64,000 nt of DNA from Iphione sp. A-MEVVRFRX5. Taxonomy: Eukaryota. The notes under the pieces were generated by a model. The model made no database searches. It saw only the letters and a program-made list of their open reading frames with translations, and was not told the origin of the DNA. The position numbers and the translations under genes were made by a program. Location: positions 1,798,001 to 1,862,000 of the forward strand of contig OZ320313.1 of assembly GCA_976226885.1 (NCBI GenBank), read 5' to 3'. Shown one piece after another: positions 1 to 13,030 of this stretch; position 1 is the first letter of the stretch, and the number at the start of each line of letters is the position of its first letter.

Positions 1-589
1 TATGTGAACAAGCTATCCTCAACAAAAAAACAGACAAATAGAATGAAACATATGCAGAAGATTGTACAAGAAACATCAGAAAGGTGTGTATATGATAAAT
101 ATGAGTAAATTTGATCTCAGTTAATCTTAAAATGGTCTAGTTTCTGCATATTTTAAAGTACAAAAGTTGAGTTAACAGACGTCCGCCATTTTGTTTCAGG
201 AAAAAACGAATGTTTCTGTTTATTATGATGTAAAAGAGCAGACCAAACCCTGCTATTGATGCTATTGTCTCCCTTTCCAAACCATCACTTTGATATATGC
301 TCCTTCATAGGCAGTATCATGACAAGAGTGTTAGAACTGCTGGTACAGCCCTTTTCATATAAGAGTTGTATGTGATGACAACTGACAAATGTCAGTGAAG
401 TTTAATCAGAGTAAAAGAGTACATGTGACCAGGACTGACTAACAGTCTAATGATTATCATGATTAATATGGGAGAATGTGTTGTGTAGCACATCATGCTG
501 CACTTATACATGTACGTCAATATGGATTCCAATAAAAGTATTGCCAGAGCTCAGAGAAAGTCCGGCAGATATTCATTACTGTGATAGGT

Positions 590-1345
590 CGTCACCCTGG
601 ATGCAATCCTTCTGTCTGAAAGTCTTAATGATTTCTAATCACAAAAGCTGCTGTGATGTCTTTCTATTTCAGGTCCTTTGGCCTCTGGATGTTTATATGA
701 AGAGGGTCATGTGATTAAATATAGGTTTTTATATTGTGATGGGTTCAGACCCTGGATGCAATAGTTCTGCCTACGAGTCATAATGATTTCTAATGACCCA
801 ACCACAGTGATGTTGTTCTATTATGGGTTCAGTGGCCTCCTGATCTCTATATGAAGAGGGTTTTGTGATTAAATATAGTTTTATACCATGATACATTGAG
901 AATCTGGATGCGAGACTTCTGTCTGCGAGTCTTAATGATTTTTAATGACCCGATCACAGTGATGCTGTTCTATTTTGGGTTCTGTGGCCTCCTGATCTCT
1001 ATATTTAGAGGGTTGTGTGATTAAATATAGTTTTATTTATTATCATTATACATTGTGACCCTGGATGCAATAGTTCTGTCTGAAAGTCTTAATGATTTCT
1101 TATCACCCCCACTATTGTGATGTCACTCTATTTCAGGTCCTTTGGTCCCCTGATCCCCATATATGAATAGGGTCATGTATTTAAATATAGTTGTATTCAT
1201 GACTGGGCAAGACCCTGGATGCGATAGTTCTGTCTGAAAGTCTTAATGATTTCTAAGCACCCCGCCATCATGATGTCACTCTATTTTAGGTCCTTTGGCC
1301 TTCTGATCCCTATATGAAGAGGGTTGCATGATTAAATATAGTTCA
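590..1345. repeat. Tandem array, about 155 bp x 5
   Basis: CCCTGGATGC..TTCTGTCTGAAAGTCTTAATGATTTCT starts at about 595, 750, 903, 1059 and 1213. Confidence 0.9.
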
Positions 1346-1798
1346 ACGAAGGATTAATTCTAAGATTATTCTGCCTAAGGGGAGGGGGGGATCTGGTGTT
1401 GCCCTGACAATACACATGGATCATGGGGGTGGGATTGCCTTGGAGACAAGGACATGTTTCTTTGGGGATGAAAAGGAGAGGCAGAGGCGCCGAGAAAACT
1501 GCACGGAGAGCGGGAGAGAGTGAAAGTGCAGTTCTAAAACCCAGCTTGATATTTGGCGCCTGGTTTAAGCGGCGGCCTCTTTGACAGAAAAAAAACACCA
1601 ACAACAACACACACACACACACACGGAGAGAGCGTTAAGACATGGGCTTCTAAACAAGCTGCGGCTCGACAAACAGAAAAGGACAAGGGGCTAGTCTGGC
1701 TCGCCGCCGCCGCCGCCGCCGGCATTTACAGGCGCAAATAGATGCCCGGGAAACGGCTCCCGAGGAAAACCAATTGAAAAAAAATAAATCTCAAAGAA

Positions 1799-2359
1799 NN
1801 NNNNNNNNNNNNNNNNNNNNNNNNNNNNNNNNNNNNNNNNNNNNNNNNNNNNNNNNNNNNNNNNNNNNNNNNNNNNNNNNNNNNNNNNNNNNNNNNNNNN
1901 NNNNNNNNNNNNNNNNNNNNNNNNNNNNNNNNNNNNNNNNNNNNNNNNNNNNNNNNNNNNNNNNNNNNNNNNNNNNNNNNNNNNNNNNNNNNNNNNNNNN
2001 NNNNNNNNNNNNNNNNNNNNNNNNNNNNNNNNNNNNNNNNNNNNNNNNNNNNNNNNNNNNNNNNNNNNNNNNNNNNNNNNNNNNNNNNNNNNNNNNNNNN
2101 NNNNNNNNNNNNNNNNNNNNNNNNNNNNNNNNNNNNNNNNNNNNNNNNNNNNNNNNNNNNNNNNNNNNNNNNNNNNNNNNNNNNNNNNNNNNNNNNNNNN
2201 NNNNNNNNNNNNNNNNNNNNNNNNNNNNNNNNNNNNNNNNNNNNNNNNNNNNNNNNNNNNNNNNNNNNNNNNNNNNNNNNNNNNNNNNNNNNNNNNNNNN
2301 NNNNNNNNNNNNNNNNNNNNNNNNNNNNNNNNNNNNNNNNNNNNNNNNNNNNNNNNNNN
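1799..2359. other. Assembly gap (561 N)
   Basis: N run. The other gaps are at 6557-6725, 9553-9783, 13747-14136, 25553-25692 and 47774-48042. Confidence 1.
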
Positions 2360-3266
2360 TGTTGGCTTCCCCCCCCCCCCTTCCCTCTGCCCGCTGCCGC
2401 CTGGCATGGCGAGAAATGCAAGGGGGGCGGGTTGGATGGCGGTAAAGAGAAGGATATTTGGGTCTGTTTGTCCTTGTTCTGTGCTTGTAGCTTTCATGTT
2501 GGCGGATCGATCGTTTTCAACCTTTACATCTACTGTAGTACGCCTTTCCATCGCGTACAGTGCAGCCTCTGACGGGAGGCCACCACCGCCGCTTCCCTAG
2601 AACCGAGGATGAGAAAAGGCGCGGCTAGGAGACCTTTATATGTAAGGTGAAGGTATTTAAGGCGGTCCTATACCCTGGATGGAACTAGGCGCTGGAGGAG
2701 GCCTGGGCGGCCGGACCTAATTGAACAAAAGTCAATAAAAAAAAATGAGCTAATCTTCTCTAATGCGTGCTTTATAAGATGCCCGGATGTTTTCTTTTTG
2801 TCAAGCGCCAGCTTTCAATAATGTCTATTCAATAGACACACACATGGTGGCTTCCCACAAGGAATCCTTTTGAACATTCGCCCATGTACCAAAAGCCTTG
2901 ATCTCCCTGCCCCCTCCCACCCCTCTTCCCCTGTAGGATCGGCGTCTCTCAAAAGAATAACGTTCATTTCACACAGAGACCACATGGCACGCGGCAGCAT
3001 GGTACAGGCGTCCTGTCTCCTCCCGAACCTGTCCACCGGTCGCCGCCGCCGCCGCCGCCGCCGCCGCTGTGGCAAATGTCAGCTCCGGTTTCGTGTCTCC
3101 TTTGATGTCTTGAATGACGAGATTCAAATATTTACGGGGGATTATGAAATATTTGATATAATGCCAGCGACGGACACATTCCTCAAATGACAAGGGTCGA
3201 TCTTCCTGTGCGTGGCTAGTATACACAGCGTGCTAGATGAAACCCATAGAAAATCCATGGTGCACA

Positions 3267-3447
3267 CATGTAGAACCTCGCTCAGGAGACCAAGCTTTGG
3301 ACTGACTGATTTTGGTCTCTCCTGAGAGGCGATCTCCCCTGTAAAGCTCTTGTCTTTAAAGATTTGTTTTTTTCATTCTGGTTTAACTTGGTCTCTCCCT
3401 CGTTGTGGTCTCCCGCTATGAGATGGTCTTTAACTGAGTCTCTACTG
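3267..3447. mobile_element. Degenerate Tc1/mariner-pogo type MITE
   Basis: Left CATGTAGAACCTCGCTCAGGAGACCA versus reverse complement of the right end CAGTAGAGACTCAGTTAAAGACCA, followed by TA. Internal GGTCTC repeats. Confidence 0.5.
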
Positions 3448-4294
3448 TATCTAACTGACAGACGACCAGAGAATTATGATCTCACTGCTCTAGAATAATC
3501 TATACATGTATATGATTTCGATGTGTTTACTACAACCGAATTGATAACCGACAACGTTAAAAATCATTGTCAATCTATCGAGGGAATGTGTGTGTGTGGG
3601 GGGGGGGGTCTAAGAGTCAGCGTTAATGAATCGGTTAAGGTTCTGCAGGGAGATCTAAATGTCGTACATAAAAAACCCTCCAAAGCTCAGTTATCGCCAC
3701 TAAAAGATAACCTGAAAATAACATTATGTGAATAACAGATCATCCTGAGTCTGAGGAGACAACCGTAAATGTCGTGTTATAGTGATAAGGAAATATCAAG
3801 TCGTGTACCAGAGGGAAACCTTAAACAGTTGCCATTGACAACAAGAACCTCTTATAATGGCTGCTAGTATGCTAGAGAAACTGTTCATATTCAGCAGAGA
3901 GAAACCGGGGTCCCACCCTGGGAAGGTGCAGGATATCCAATGCCTTTAATAAGTCCCCATAGAAGAAAAGTCTGTCCCACTAATTATCCCTACCAAGCTA
4001 TTGCCGGGCACCTAGGATCAGGTTCTCCATGGGATGGTGGGGCGGGGGGGTGCAACCGTTTACACACAAGGTTTCAATGTGTTTCTTATTGATACATCCT
4101 GAGGTCTCGAGTGCTACAGATAGAATGAGTTTGGTAATCAACCCAAAACCTTTCTAGAATTGTTTCTTGTAAAAATAAAGTTTTTCAATTTTTCATTATA
4201 CCAGGGATAGTTCAGTTGAATGAGAATGGTACCAGATATGCATATGTGAACAAGCTACAACCTTGTACCTCTAACATACAGAACAAGAAGATAG

Positions 4295-4825
4295 TCAGTC
4301 CATGTCCTGAATCTATATCATGCATCAGTCAAGTTCCTGAGTTGGTCCTTGTCCTGAATCAGTCTGTGCCCTGCATTGGTCCATGTCCTGAATAAGTTTT
4401 GGGTCCTGAATTGGTCCATGTCCTAAAGTAGTCAGTGTGCTGAATTGGTCCTGAAGTTGTTTGTATCCTAAATTGGTCTATGTCCTGAAGCAGTCTGTAT
4501 CCTGCATTGGTCCTTGTCCTGTGTATGTGTCCTTAATTGGTCCTTTTCCTGTGTGTATGTCCTGAATTGGTCCTTGTCCTGTGTATGTCCTGAATTGGTA
4601 CTTGTCCTGTGTGTGTGTCTTAAATTGGTCTATGTCCTGAAGCAGTCTGTATCCTGAATTGGTCCTTGTCCTGTGTGTGTGTCCTGAATTGGTCCTTGTC
4701 CTGTGTATGTCCTGGATTGGTCCTTGTCCCAAAGCAGCCTGTATTTGGATTGGATGTTGTCCTGAAACTGTGTCCTGAATCGATCCTTGTCCTAAAGTAG
4801 TCGGTGTCCTGAATAGGTCCTGAGG
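4295..4825. repeat. Minisatellite built on TGTCCTGAATTGGTCCT variants
   Basis: Many reiterations of GTCCTGAATTGGTCC(T/A)TGTCC with TG spacers. Confidence 0.9.
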
Positions 4826-5189
4826 AACTCATGGTTAGCAGGATTCGCCCCACCTTTAAATCACATTATTTAGATATCTGCGAAAACCTGAGGGGATGTG
4901 GGCTTTATTCTCGGGGAACTCCACGGTTAGTGTGCCTTTTCCTTCAATTCGAATTAATAGAACGGTATTCCCAACCAACTGTCTGTTGACGGGCCACATT
5001 TGAATGTAATCGATATCATGTAATAGCACAACGAAAAGGATGAATGCGGTTCAAACAAACTAAATGAAATTGTTAAATATTATAAGCTTAAGTGACCTGT
5101 AGGATCATAAATACATTCTTACAAGGAATTTAGTTCATAAATACTCTCTGATCCATTCTGCTGAGTTGTTTGCCGAAACCATGGAGTTC

Positions 5190-5405
5190 TTGGTAGGCGT
5201 TCTACAAGCAGCAATCATCAACTCTGTTATTTAATGGACGTAGGGTTTGAGAGAGCCAGGCAGACCTCTGGGTATATGTTCTACATTTAGGAAAGATCAA
5301 CTCTGTTATTTAATAGATGTAGGGATAGAGGGAGCTGGTGTGGAACTATGGGTAGGCGTTCTACAAGCAGCAAACATCAACACTGTTATTTAATGGACGT
5401 AGGGA
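5190..5405. repeat. Tandem array, about 80 bp x 3
   Basis: GTTCTACA...ATCAACTCTGTTATTTAAT.GA.GTAGGG repeated three times. Confidence 0.8.
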
Positions 5406-7694
5406 CAGCTTGTTTACACGAGCAGCTGGGTGTAATGGCTGGGATGAAAAAGGTGCTTACATAAAGGTGATAACCACTGACCGTTATGGAGAGGTTATTT
5501 ACATGATTGGCCTGAGGCTTGCCTGCCCGCCGTAACGTTCAGTTGATTGGCTACTTCAGCCCGTGCTGGGGATACGGGGAAGTGGCCGGCGGGTAGTGGA
5601 GTAGTCCCCGACCTATCAGAGCACTAATTTACACATCATAAAGCTGTAAGTCATGGCAAGTCTTCACCACCAACACCCCCCGCCGCCAGGGGGAGGGGCA
5701 CGCCGCCTAGCGGGGACTAGCGGTGACACGAGCCCCCGACATGGCGGTAGGGGGAGGTGGACGTGGACCTGGATTGCGGCGTGTTTGGGCCGCGTGACGC
5801 GCGGAGGGAGATTTACAGGCGGGGAAGAGGCAGTCATTTCCCCTGCGAGGGGGGCACCAACCCCCCTGGGTCCCTGGGGGGATGCTGCTTTATGTACCCG
5901 TTTCATTGCCTCCTGCGGAGAGGACTAACTCTCTCTGTCACCATATTTCACTCGCTTCCCCCGCTATTTACCGAACTTACTCCCGCTGTCTCTATATCTC
6001 ACTCCCCGGCAGTTTACAGCACTAAACTCGCCCTGTCAGCTTCTAACCTGTTTACAGGCCTATCAGTCATTCTGGGAGCACGGTGCTATCGCGTACTGGG
6101 CCTCTTTCCTAACAATATCTGTTTAAAAGATTACTTCTCTTTGTAACTATTAAATGTTCTGTGTTTGTCTGTCAGCAAAGCCTTCTACATCCGTCATCAT
6201 GTTTTTCCTTAACGGCCTAATTAACTGTTCATGATGCTGCCCCTTAATCTGTTCTTGGCCATATAAAAGACTTATTGTCACTTTCAAAATCTGCTCATAT
6301 CTGCAGGGAGATTTCCTCTGGAGTCCAGGCTCGGTGCTCCAGAGAAAAACGAACATATGACTCAACACCTGATTGTTTCCATGCGTGGTGCATGGTGCAG
6401 AGACAGAAAACGGAAACATGGACATCTACGGACCACTAAGATACTGAAATGGTTCTTTAAAGAAGGTAAAACATTGCTTAACATATGTTAGATGTTGTAA
6501 TTTATTTTGTAAATTGCATATCATTTCCATAAAAACACAATTTTGAACGATTAATANNNNNNNNNNNNNNNNNNNNNNNNNNNNNNNNNNNNNNNNNNNN
6601 NNNNNNNNNNNNNNNNNNNNNNNNNNNNNNNNNNNNNNNNNNNNNNNNNNNNNNNNNNNNNNNNNNNNNNNNNNNNNNNNNNNNNNNNNNNNNNNNNNNN
6701 NNNNNNNNNNNNNNNNNNNNNNNNNGGAAACCAGGTCTCCGTGCTCGTGTGATAAACAGCTAATTTTCCTGACCTCACACAGAGTACTGATTGAGTCTGT
6801 CATTGTATTACATGTACATGTACACTCTATTCTACCCTGTAACTGCCTATTGGGAATACTAATACTCTCTCGCTCTTCTCTAACTCTTCTATACCTCACT
6901 CTACTTTCATTCTACCTGTCTGTTTATGCACAATACTCTCTGTCATTTTACATTTCCCTGTCTGTGTATCTGTTCATCTGTCTGTTTATGAGTCTAGCCC
7001 AGTCGGTAGCTGTTACTGAGAAACCTCGCCACCATATTACAACAATACCCATGTATATTGTATGGACACAGACCACGGTACGTGAGCAAATACAGCAAGG
7101 TCCGTTTTTCCCACAGACGTGTGGGTGTCCATATAGTCCATTTTCTGTTGATTTCCTACCAATATGAGTTCTCAGCAGTACACCTAGGGGTCTCTCTATT
7201 GTTTTCGTTATGTACACATGGAAAGGCTCTCACAATGTTCAAGGTTTATCTGTACCCCCCACACCCCCTGCTGGACTTTCGTGTGCATGGAAAGTCCGCC
7301 CAACCTCTACAACTAGCCATGAGTTGAATGAAACCCCCCCCCCCGTCATCAGCCTCACCCCCCGGTGAGGAAGGGGTTCCTGGACCTTTTCCCTGCTGCT
7401 CCTATCACTGTCGCCCCATCTGTCGGCCCTCTACCATCTGAGGCTCTACTTTACATCTCTCTATATATCTATACGCAGCTACCCCCTCCCCCATTAGTAC
7501 ACCCCCCCTGCTGCCCATGAGGCAGGGATTGCCGCAGTCCCCTCCCCCCCCGCGCTCCTATCACTGTCGCCCTGCCTGTCGGTCCAGCCCTTCTACCATC
7601 CGTGAAATTGCCGACTTCGTTCCGAGCTCTTGACGACCGATTGCTTGACCTTGGACGCCTGGTGCGCAAAGTGTCCAGGCTGACGCAAGGTCAC

Positions 7695-7780
7695 GCCCAC
7701 CAGGGGGCGCTACAGTGACGGAAGTGATGGGTGCGCATGCGTCACGGTGAGTCCCCTGAGCCAGCTGCGCATGCGCTGTC
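7695..7780. promoter_or_regulatory. CTCF site plus ETS and two NRF1 motifs (promoter-like island)
   Basis: CCACCAGGGGGCGCTA (7697-7712, 14/14 to CCASYAGRKGGCRS), ACGGAAGTG, TGCGCATGCG (7732-7741) and TGCGCATGCGC (7766-7776). Confidence 0.6.
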
Positions 7781-9959
7781 AGCGATTAGATGGGTGTAAT
7801 TATGCAATGATCGCGGATTGAATGGGGAGTGGGGGGGAGGGTGTTAATATTGCCGACTTAAAAAAATCCCAATCAGAACAGATAGCGTGGCAGGGGATCT
7901 GGTAAATGATCACGTGTCCCCAGCCATATAAAAATGTAAGATGGATGACACTTAGCTCTTCCTTTCCCTCTTATCTGATTGAATACTCCAAACTTGCAGC
8001 CGGGAAGGTTATTTTTGCTAATGAAATAAGAATGATTTCTTCTTTGATTTGGATTATATTTTCGGCTGAAATATAAAACACGTCCGAAATGAAAATGGAC
8101 GTAGGCTGGAAGGACGACTTGAAGGACGACTTTAAGGTAGTAAATCAGGTCAAGATGAGGTCGATATCTTATCGTCCCCAGCAGCGCCTTGTTAAATCAT
8201 CTGGAGGGAAATAAATGGCTGTAATCCCCATATGCGCACCCCCACCCCTTCTTTCACGTGGAAAAAGGCAGTTGCTTAATTTTATGACGACTTCATTAAA
8301 ATTAATTGAGCAAAACCTGGAGACCAGTTTAAGCAGTGCTGACCACATGTAATCCCCGACAAGATGCTGGTCTTTCCGACTTCTCCCTCGCAGGCAGCGG
8401 CTATTCATATTCACGTCAAGCGGGGTCCCGGAGGCATGAGAACGGTACCGCATTTAAAGCAAATCTTCCCTCGCCTTTAAGATACATAATTTCAAGCTTT
8501 TAAAATGTCGCCAGCGTTTGTAGAAAGAAAACAAGTGCGGGTTGAAAAGAAACCACTTTTGACACCTCTCTTTTCATAATTATTTCGTGCATGGGAAATC
8601 CCTTGACGCGGTTTCTTTTCGTTAAAGAAATTGAAAACCTGGAGGGGATCTTGAAAAGCTTTGTTCTGGAGTTCCACCACTAGGAAAGCGCTGCCTACTC
8701 TGTCACAATTCATCACAACCTCCCCCCCCCAACTCGCTCGGCAGGGAAAAAAACAAGAAGCCCGTGGCATGTCGGCTGCAGTTCGGTATTCTTCCATCAT
8801 TTTCAGAATTTTCAAGACACAAGGCTGAAAATGCCTTAATGGGTTTTTAAACCGAGAAGTGTGCTTTTAACACAATCTCGCGCGCGTGCCAAACCTGCCG
8901 TGTTCAACAAAACCCTTGTGGCGGTGGTGGCGGTGGCGGTGGTGGTGGCGGTGGTGCCGGTGGTGGCGGTGGTGGTGGCGGTGGCGGTGGTGGCGGCGGT
9001 AGCATTGTGCTTGCGACAAAACCCCGACAAAACTCCGACAAATCCTCGAGTCGCCCGGTGCCCGTCGATTCGTGACTGGACTACAGGCTACCCAGCGCGA
9101 CGCTCATTATTTCAGCGCGAGTTTGGCATTTTACAGAATGCCAGGGTTAGTTGGCAGAAGATTCCTTTTCAGTCGTTTCCTGGAGCGTACTCGCCATTTT
9201 TATTATTACCTTCTTAGGATGAGCACGTGACATAATCTACGCATACCCGGATGAGATTGTAGAACACGTCGTGTGTAATAAACGGTCATGATGAAATGGT
9301 TGCCTTTAAGGACTGGTATTTACACCCTCCTCCTGCACCTGCTCCTCCTGCTTCTCCTCCTCCTCCTGCTCCTCCTGCTCCTCCTGCTCCCCTCCTCCTC
9401 CACCTCCTTAAGCCTCCTTCACCTCCTCCTCCTCGTCCTCCTCCCCTCCTCTTCCCCCTTTTCCTCGTCCTCCTCCCCTCCTCTTCCCCCTTTTCCTCGT
9501 CCTTCTCCTCCTCCTCCCCCTCCTCCTTCACCTCTTCCCCCTACTTCACCTCNNNNNNNNNNNNNNNNNNNNNNNNNNNNNNNNNNNNNNNNNNNNNNNN
9601 NNNNNNNNNNNNNNNNNNNNNNNNNNNNNNNNNNNNNNNNNNNNNNNNNNNNNNNNNNNNNNNNNNNNNNNNNNNNNNNNNNNNNNNNNNNNNNNNNNNN
9701 NNNNNNNNNNNNNNNNNNNNNNNNNNNNNNNNNNNNNNNNNNNNNNNNNNNNNNNNNNNNNNNNNNNNNNNNNNNNNNNNNNNCGCCTACTTCACCTCCC
9801 CCTCCTCTTCCTCCTCCTCCCAGTCCTCCTCCTCCTCCTCCTCCTCCTCCCCCTCCCCCTCCTTACATCGTTTCCATATTTTCATCTACTCCCTTCGCTG
9901 TGTTCTCTCTTTGTAGCATCCTATCCGTCGTTTTCACCGCTATATTTTTGGTCTTCTGA

Positions 9960-10035
9960 CGGTTGCGGAAGTGACATAGTTTTCCCGCTAGTCCCTGCGT
10001 CTACTTTGCGTCCGAGACGCTCTTCCTTTACGTGT
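9960..10035. promoter_or_regulatory. Possible bidirectional promoter (ETS motif, TCT/TOP-like initiator)
   Basis: GCGGAAGTG (9965-9973) and GCTCTTCCTTT (10019-10029). A minus-strand ATG exon with donor AT|GTAAGG at about 9865. A plus-strand CCGCCATG at about 10118. Confidence 0.35.
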
Positions 10036-12546
10036 GTTTGCGGCGTCCTTCGCCAGGGGATGAAATGTGTCTCACTTAAAGAGCGATTATCATCGCTCTA
10101 CGTCCCGACCTTCCGCCATGCTGTCCCCTAACGGTCCCCCACCAACCTCCCACGGCCTTCTGGGTAATATACAATGCGCACGCAGCCCTTCTTCTTCCGG
10201 TTTCTATCCTCTCTCTCCTCTCCCTCCTCTCCCTCGGGGGAAGGTGGCCACATTTTAGTAAAATGGACTTTCACAGGTTGTCACCCGACCGAGCGTCCCT
10301 TTGACCTGACACCTAGCGGTGACCACTGAGATCGGGGTCGGGCATGCGCCGTGTGTCTCTTCCTTTCGGCCCTGCTCTCCTGACAAAGGAGGCCATTCGA
10401 ACAGGGCGGATCGATCACATAGGTTTTTCATTAGTTCTTAATTAAGTCCCCAGAGGACGCCTCGCGCTTTTATCGGCCTAATAAAGAAAGCTACCCTGAT
10501 AAGTCAATTGATAAGGGTAATTTTTCCTGCCTCGAGGAAACGTGAAAAAAGAATGGCGCAGATGATGGGGACGTTCAAATTTAGTGCTCAGTTATTCCTG
10601 GTAAGAAGTGTGTCTCAGCAAGAGTAATGGTTTCCAGATTTTCTGTGATGCATCAGCGAATGATGCAACCGTGGTCCTTAATGTCGTCCTCCTGAACCGC
10701 ATTTAATTTACCAGCCCAGAGAGTACGACGTCCATTGGTTACATCTCTCCGAGCAGAGTCGACTCTGTTGCTCGTAGACATACACGACACATACCGTGTT
10801 TTAATTGGATACTTCATCAAATGACACACACTCTCTCTCCTGTACATGCTACACTGGGGTGTGTGTGGGGGGGGGGGGGGGGAGGTGTACAAGCCAGCCG
10901 GCCGGTCGGGCCTATAGCGGGCCTATAGTAGTCAAGATGTCTGTCGCCCCAAGTCACGCTCTAATCATAGCCACCTTAAAGCACGGCTTCAAGTAGTCCA
11001 TCAGTTAAGAGAAGGGACGGGGGTGGGTGGGTGGGGGGTGTAGGGAGAGGGAAGAACGGCAGACTACGTGTATATATATACGGTGCGAGGAGGGAGAGAG
11101 TAGAGGTGGGGAGGAGGAGGACGACGAGGAGGAGGGGGTGGGGGGTGTGCGTAAACTGAAAGTAAGTCGAGGCTACAGGCAATCTAGCTAATGTATCAGG
11201 TGGCTAGTACCACGGACAAACACCAGGAGCGCTGCGGTCGACTCTTCTATCTCCCGTCTGGATTACCTTACAGGCGCGTCTCCTGGTTTTAGTTAAAAAA
11301 AGAACACTTTCCACGAGATCATGGATATTACTCAGTTAGGAGGGGCATTGTACATGTCCCGATTTGTATTTTGTATATTAGGTGGGTATTATCACGTAAT
11401 TATGGTGTCAGATATATGGCCGTTATGTAATTGTGGTGATCAAGCTGTGCGATGCCTCTCCATGTACATTGTACATAAATTACAACACTAGAATAGATAC
11501 AGCAGCCCTGGGAACCAGGCTGAGAAGTGTTCTAATGATGGAATGAAGCTGGCAACAACAAGGAGAAGTAGTGGAGCTTGTCTCTGAGTCGCAGGGCCGT
11601 ACATAGAGAGAAGGAGAGAGAGATGGAGAGAGAACAAGGAGCTTCCACCAACAAATACTGTATGTCAATGGCGAATCTGCATCACATTCAAGCATCCCTA
11701 GACTGTTGTGTCAAGACGCATAAGGAGGGTCCTAGTACATCACTTTATCCTGGGCTGTCTTGCACGTTACACCTACCTATCCAAAAGAGAGGGTGAGTAC
11801 TTCGCTACGTTTTGTATTGTATGTCGGTCAATGTTTTGACTGAACATGTAAAAATATGATGTAAAAAAAGAAAAATGAAACAATCCATGTCTGTTTCTGG
11901 CGAAAAATAACGTGCCTTTTTCGTCCAGTCTAGAGTGAACAGTGTACAATGAAAACATGCCGACCAGCTACGGACCGCACAGTATATTACACGTAATGTG
12001 CATACATGCACATAGCCAGACAACAGGCCCGAGTGTTTGCCAGCATTAAATCTGTTTTGCCACGACCGCAAAATATGCACATAAAATGTTGCCTTGAGTT
12101 AAGATCAATGTGTACTATCCCAATTCTGAAGGATTCACTTCTCGATTTCGCTACGAATTTGCTGAAATCGATCTTCTTTGTGGAAGTTTCTATTTTTGAG
12201 ACGTTTCAAAAGGTTGGGGAATATGGAAATAAGCATTAGTTTTCAACAACGACCCTTCAATAGGTCGAATTTTTCCCCGGCGTCATCATCATCTAGAAGG
12301 AAAGACGCTGACGTCGTAGTAAAGATTAAAATAGATCTTAGGAAAATAAATAAAAGAAAGGACGCTGCGCTCTACGTATCTAGCATTATAAAACCAGACG
12401 ACAATTGACTCCATCCCTTTGATTTCCTTCAAAAGCGCGCTTTTATCCAAACCAAAAACATGGCGATCATCTTTCTCTCCAGCAACTTTAATGTGGACAA
12501 TTATAGACGGCAGTTATTTTTTCTCAGTGCACACCTCCTCTCCGCC

Positions 12547-12736
12547 GCGCCCCCTAGTGGCCGGCGGCATGTCGCGACCCCTGGCGGCGTGTGAGTAACT
12601 AACGAACCCAATAGATGGCGCTGGCGTTGTCGGTGAATAAACGACACATCATGTCTCTCCGATTCTGCTGTATGACAGACAGGCCGGTAGAGGGAGCTGC
12701 TAGGAGACGTATAGCGGGTAATACTCCCCCTAGCGG
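12547..12736. promoter_or_regulatory. Cluster of CTCF-like motifs
   Basis: Minus CCACTAGGGGGCGC (12547-12560, 14/14), a weaker minus motif at about 12575-12590, plus CCAATAGATGGCGC (12608-12621, 13/14), and minus CCGCTAGGGGGAGT (12723-12736, 11/14). Confidence 0.65.
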
Positions 12737-12859
12737 GGGTGGGGGCAAGCTGTGGGCGAGGTACTAGCTGGGCCAGCAGAGGTGACAGTTTTGTGCTTCA
12801 CCTACCCGTTCTAATGGCTTCGACTAAAGGCGGAGTCCTCTTTTGCCCATTATTCGACG

Positions 12860-13030
12860 CTTCCTTTAACTGCCACTTCGCGTGCGCCAATGACGGACCG
12901 GAAATGACGCACACCCAGAATAGCCGGCGTCCGTCCGCTGGCGGGAGGCGCGCGCAGCCGGAAGCGTTTGTGTTGGGGACAAAAGCGCCCCCACGTGGGG
13001 TCATCGCCGAGAAGCTGCCATATTTGTCGC
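12860..13030. promoter_or_regulatory. CpG-rich promoter-like island
   Basis: CCAAT, CCGGAAATGACG, CCGGAAGC, CCACGTGG E-box and GCCATATT (YY1-like). Confidence 0.45.

Noticed and set aside
1691-2551. Long ORFs spanning N runs (also 6426-6899, 9288-9959, 13704-14186, 24800-25976 and 47684-48127)
   Set aside because: Their length comes from X-translated assembly gaps; the flanking residues show no protein family signal.
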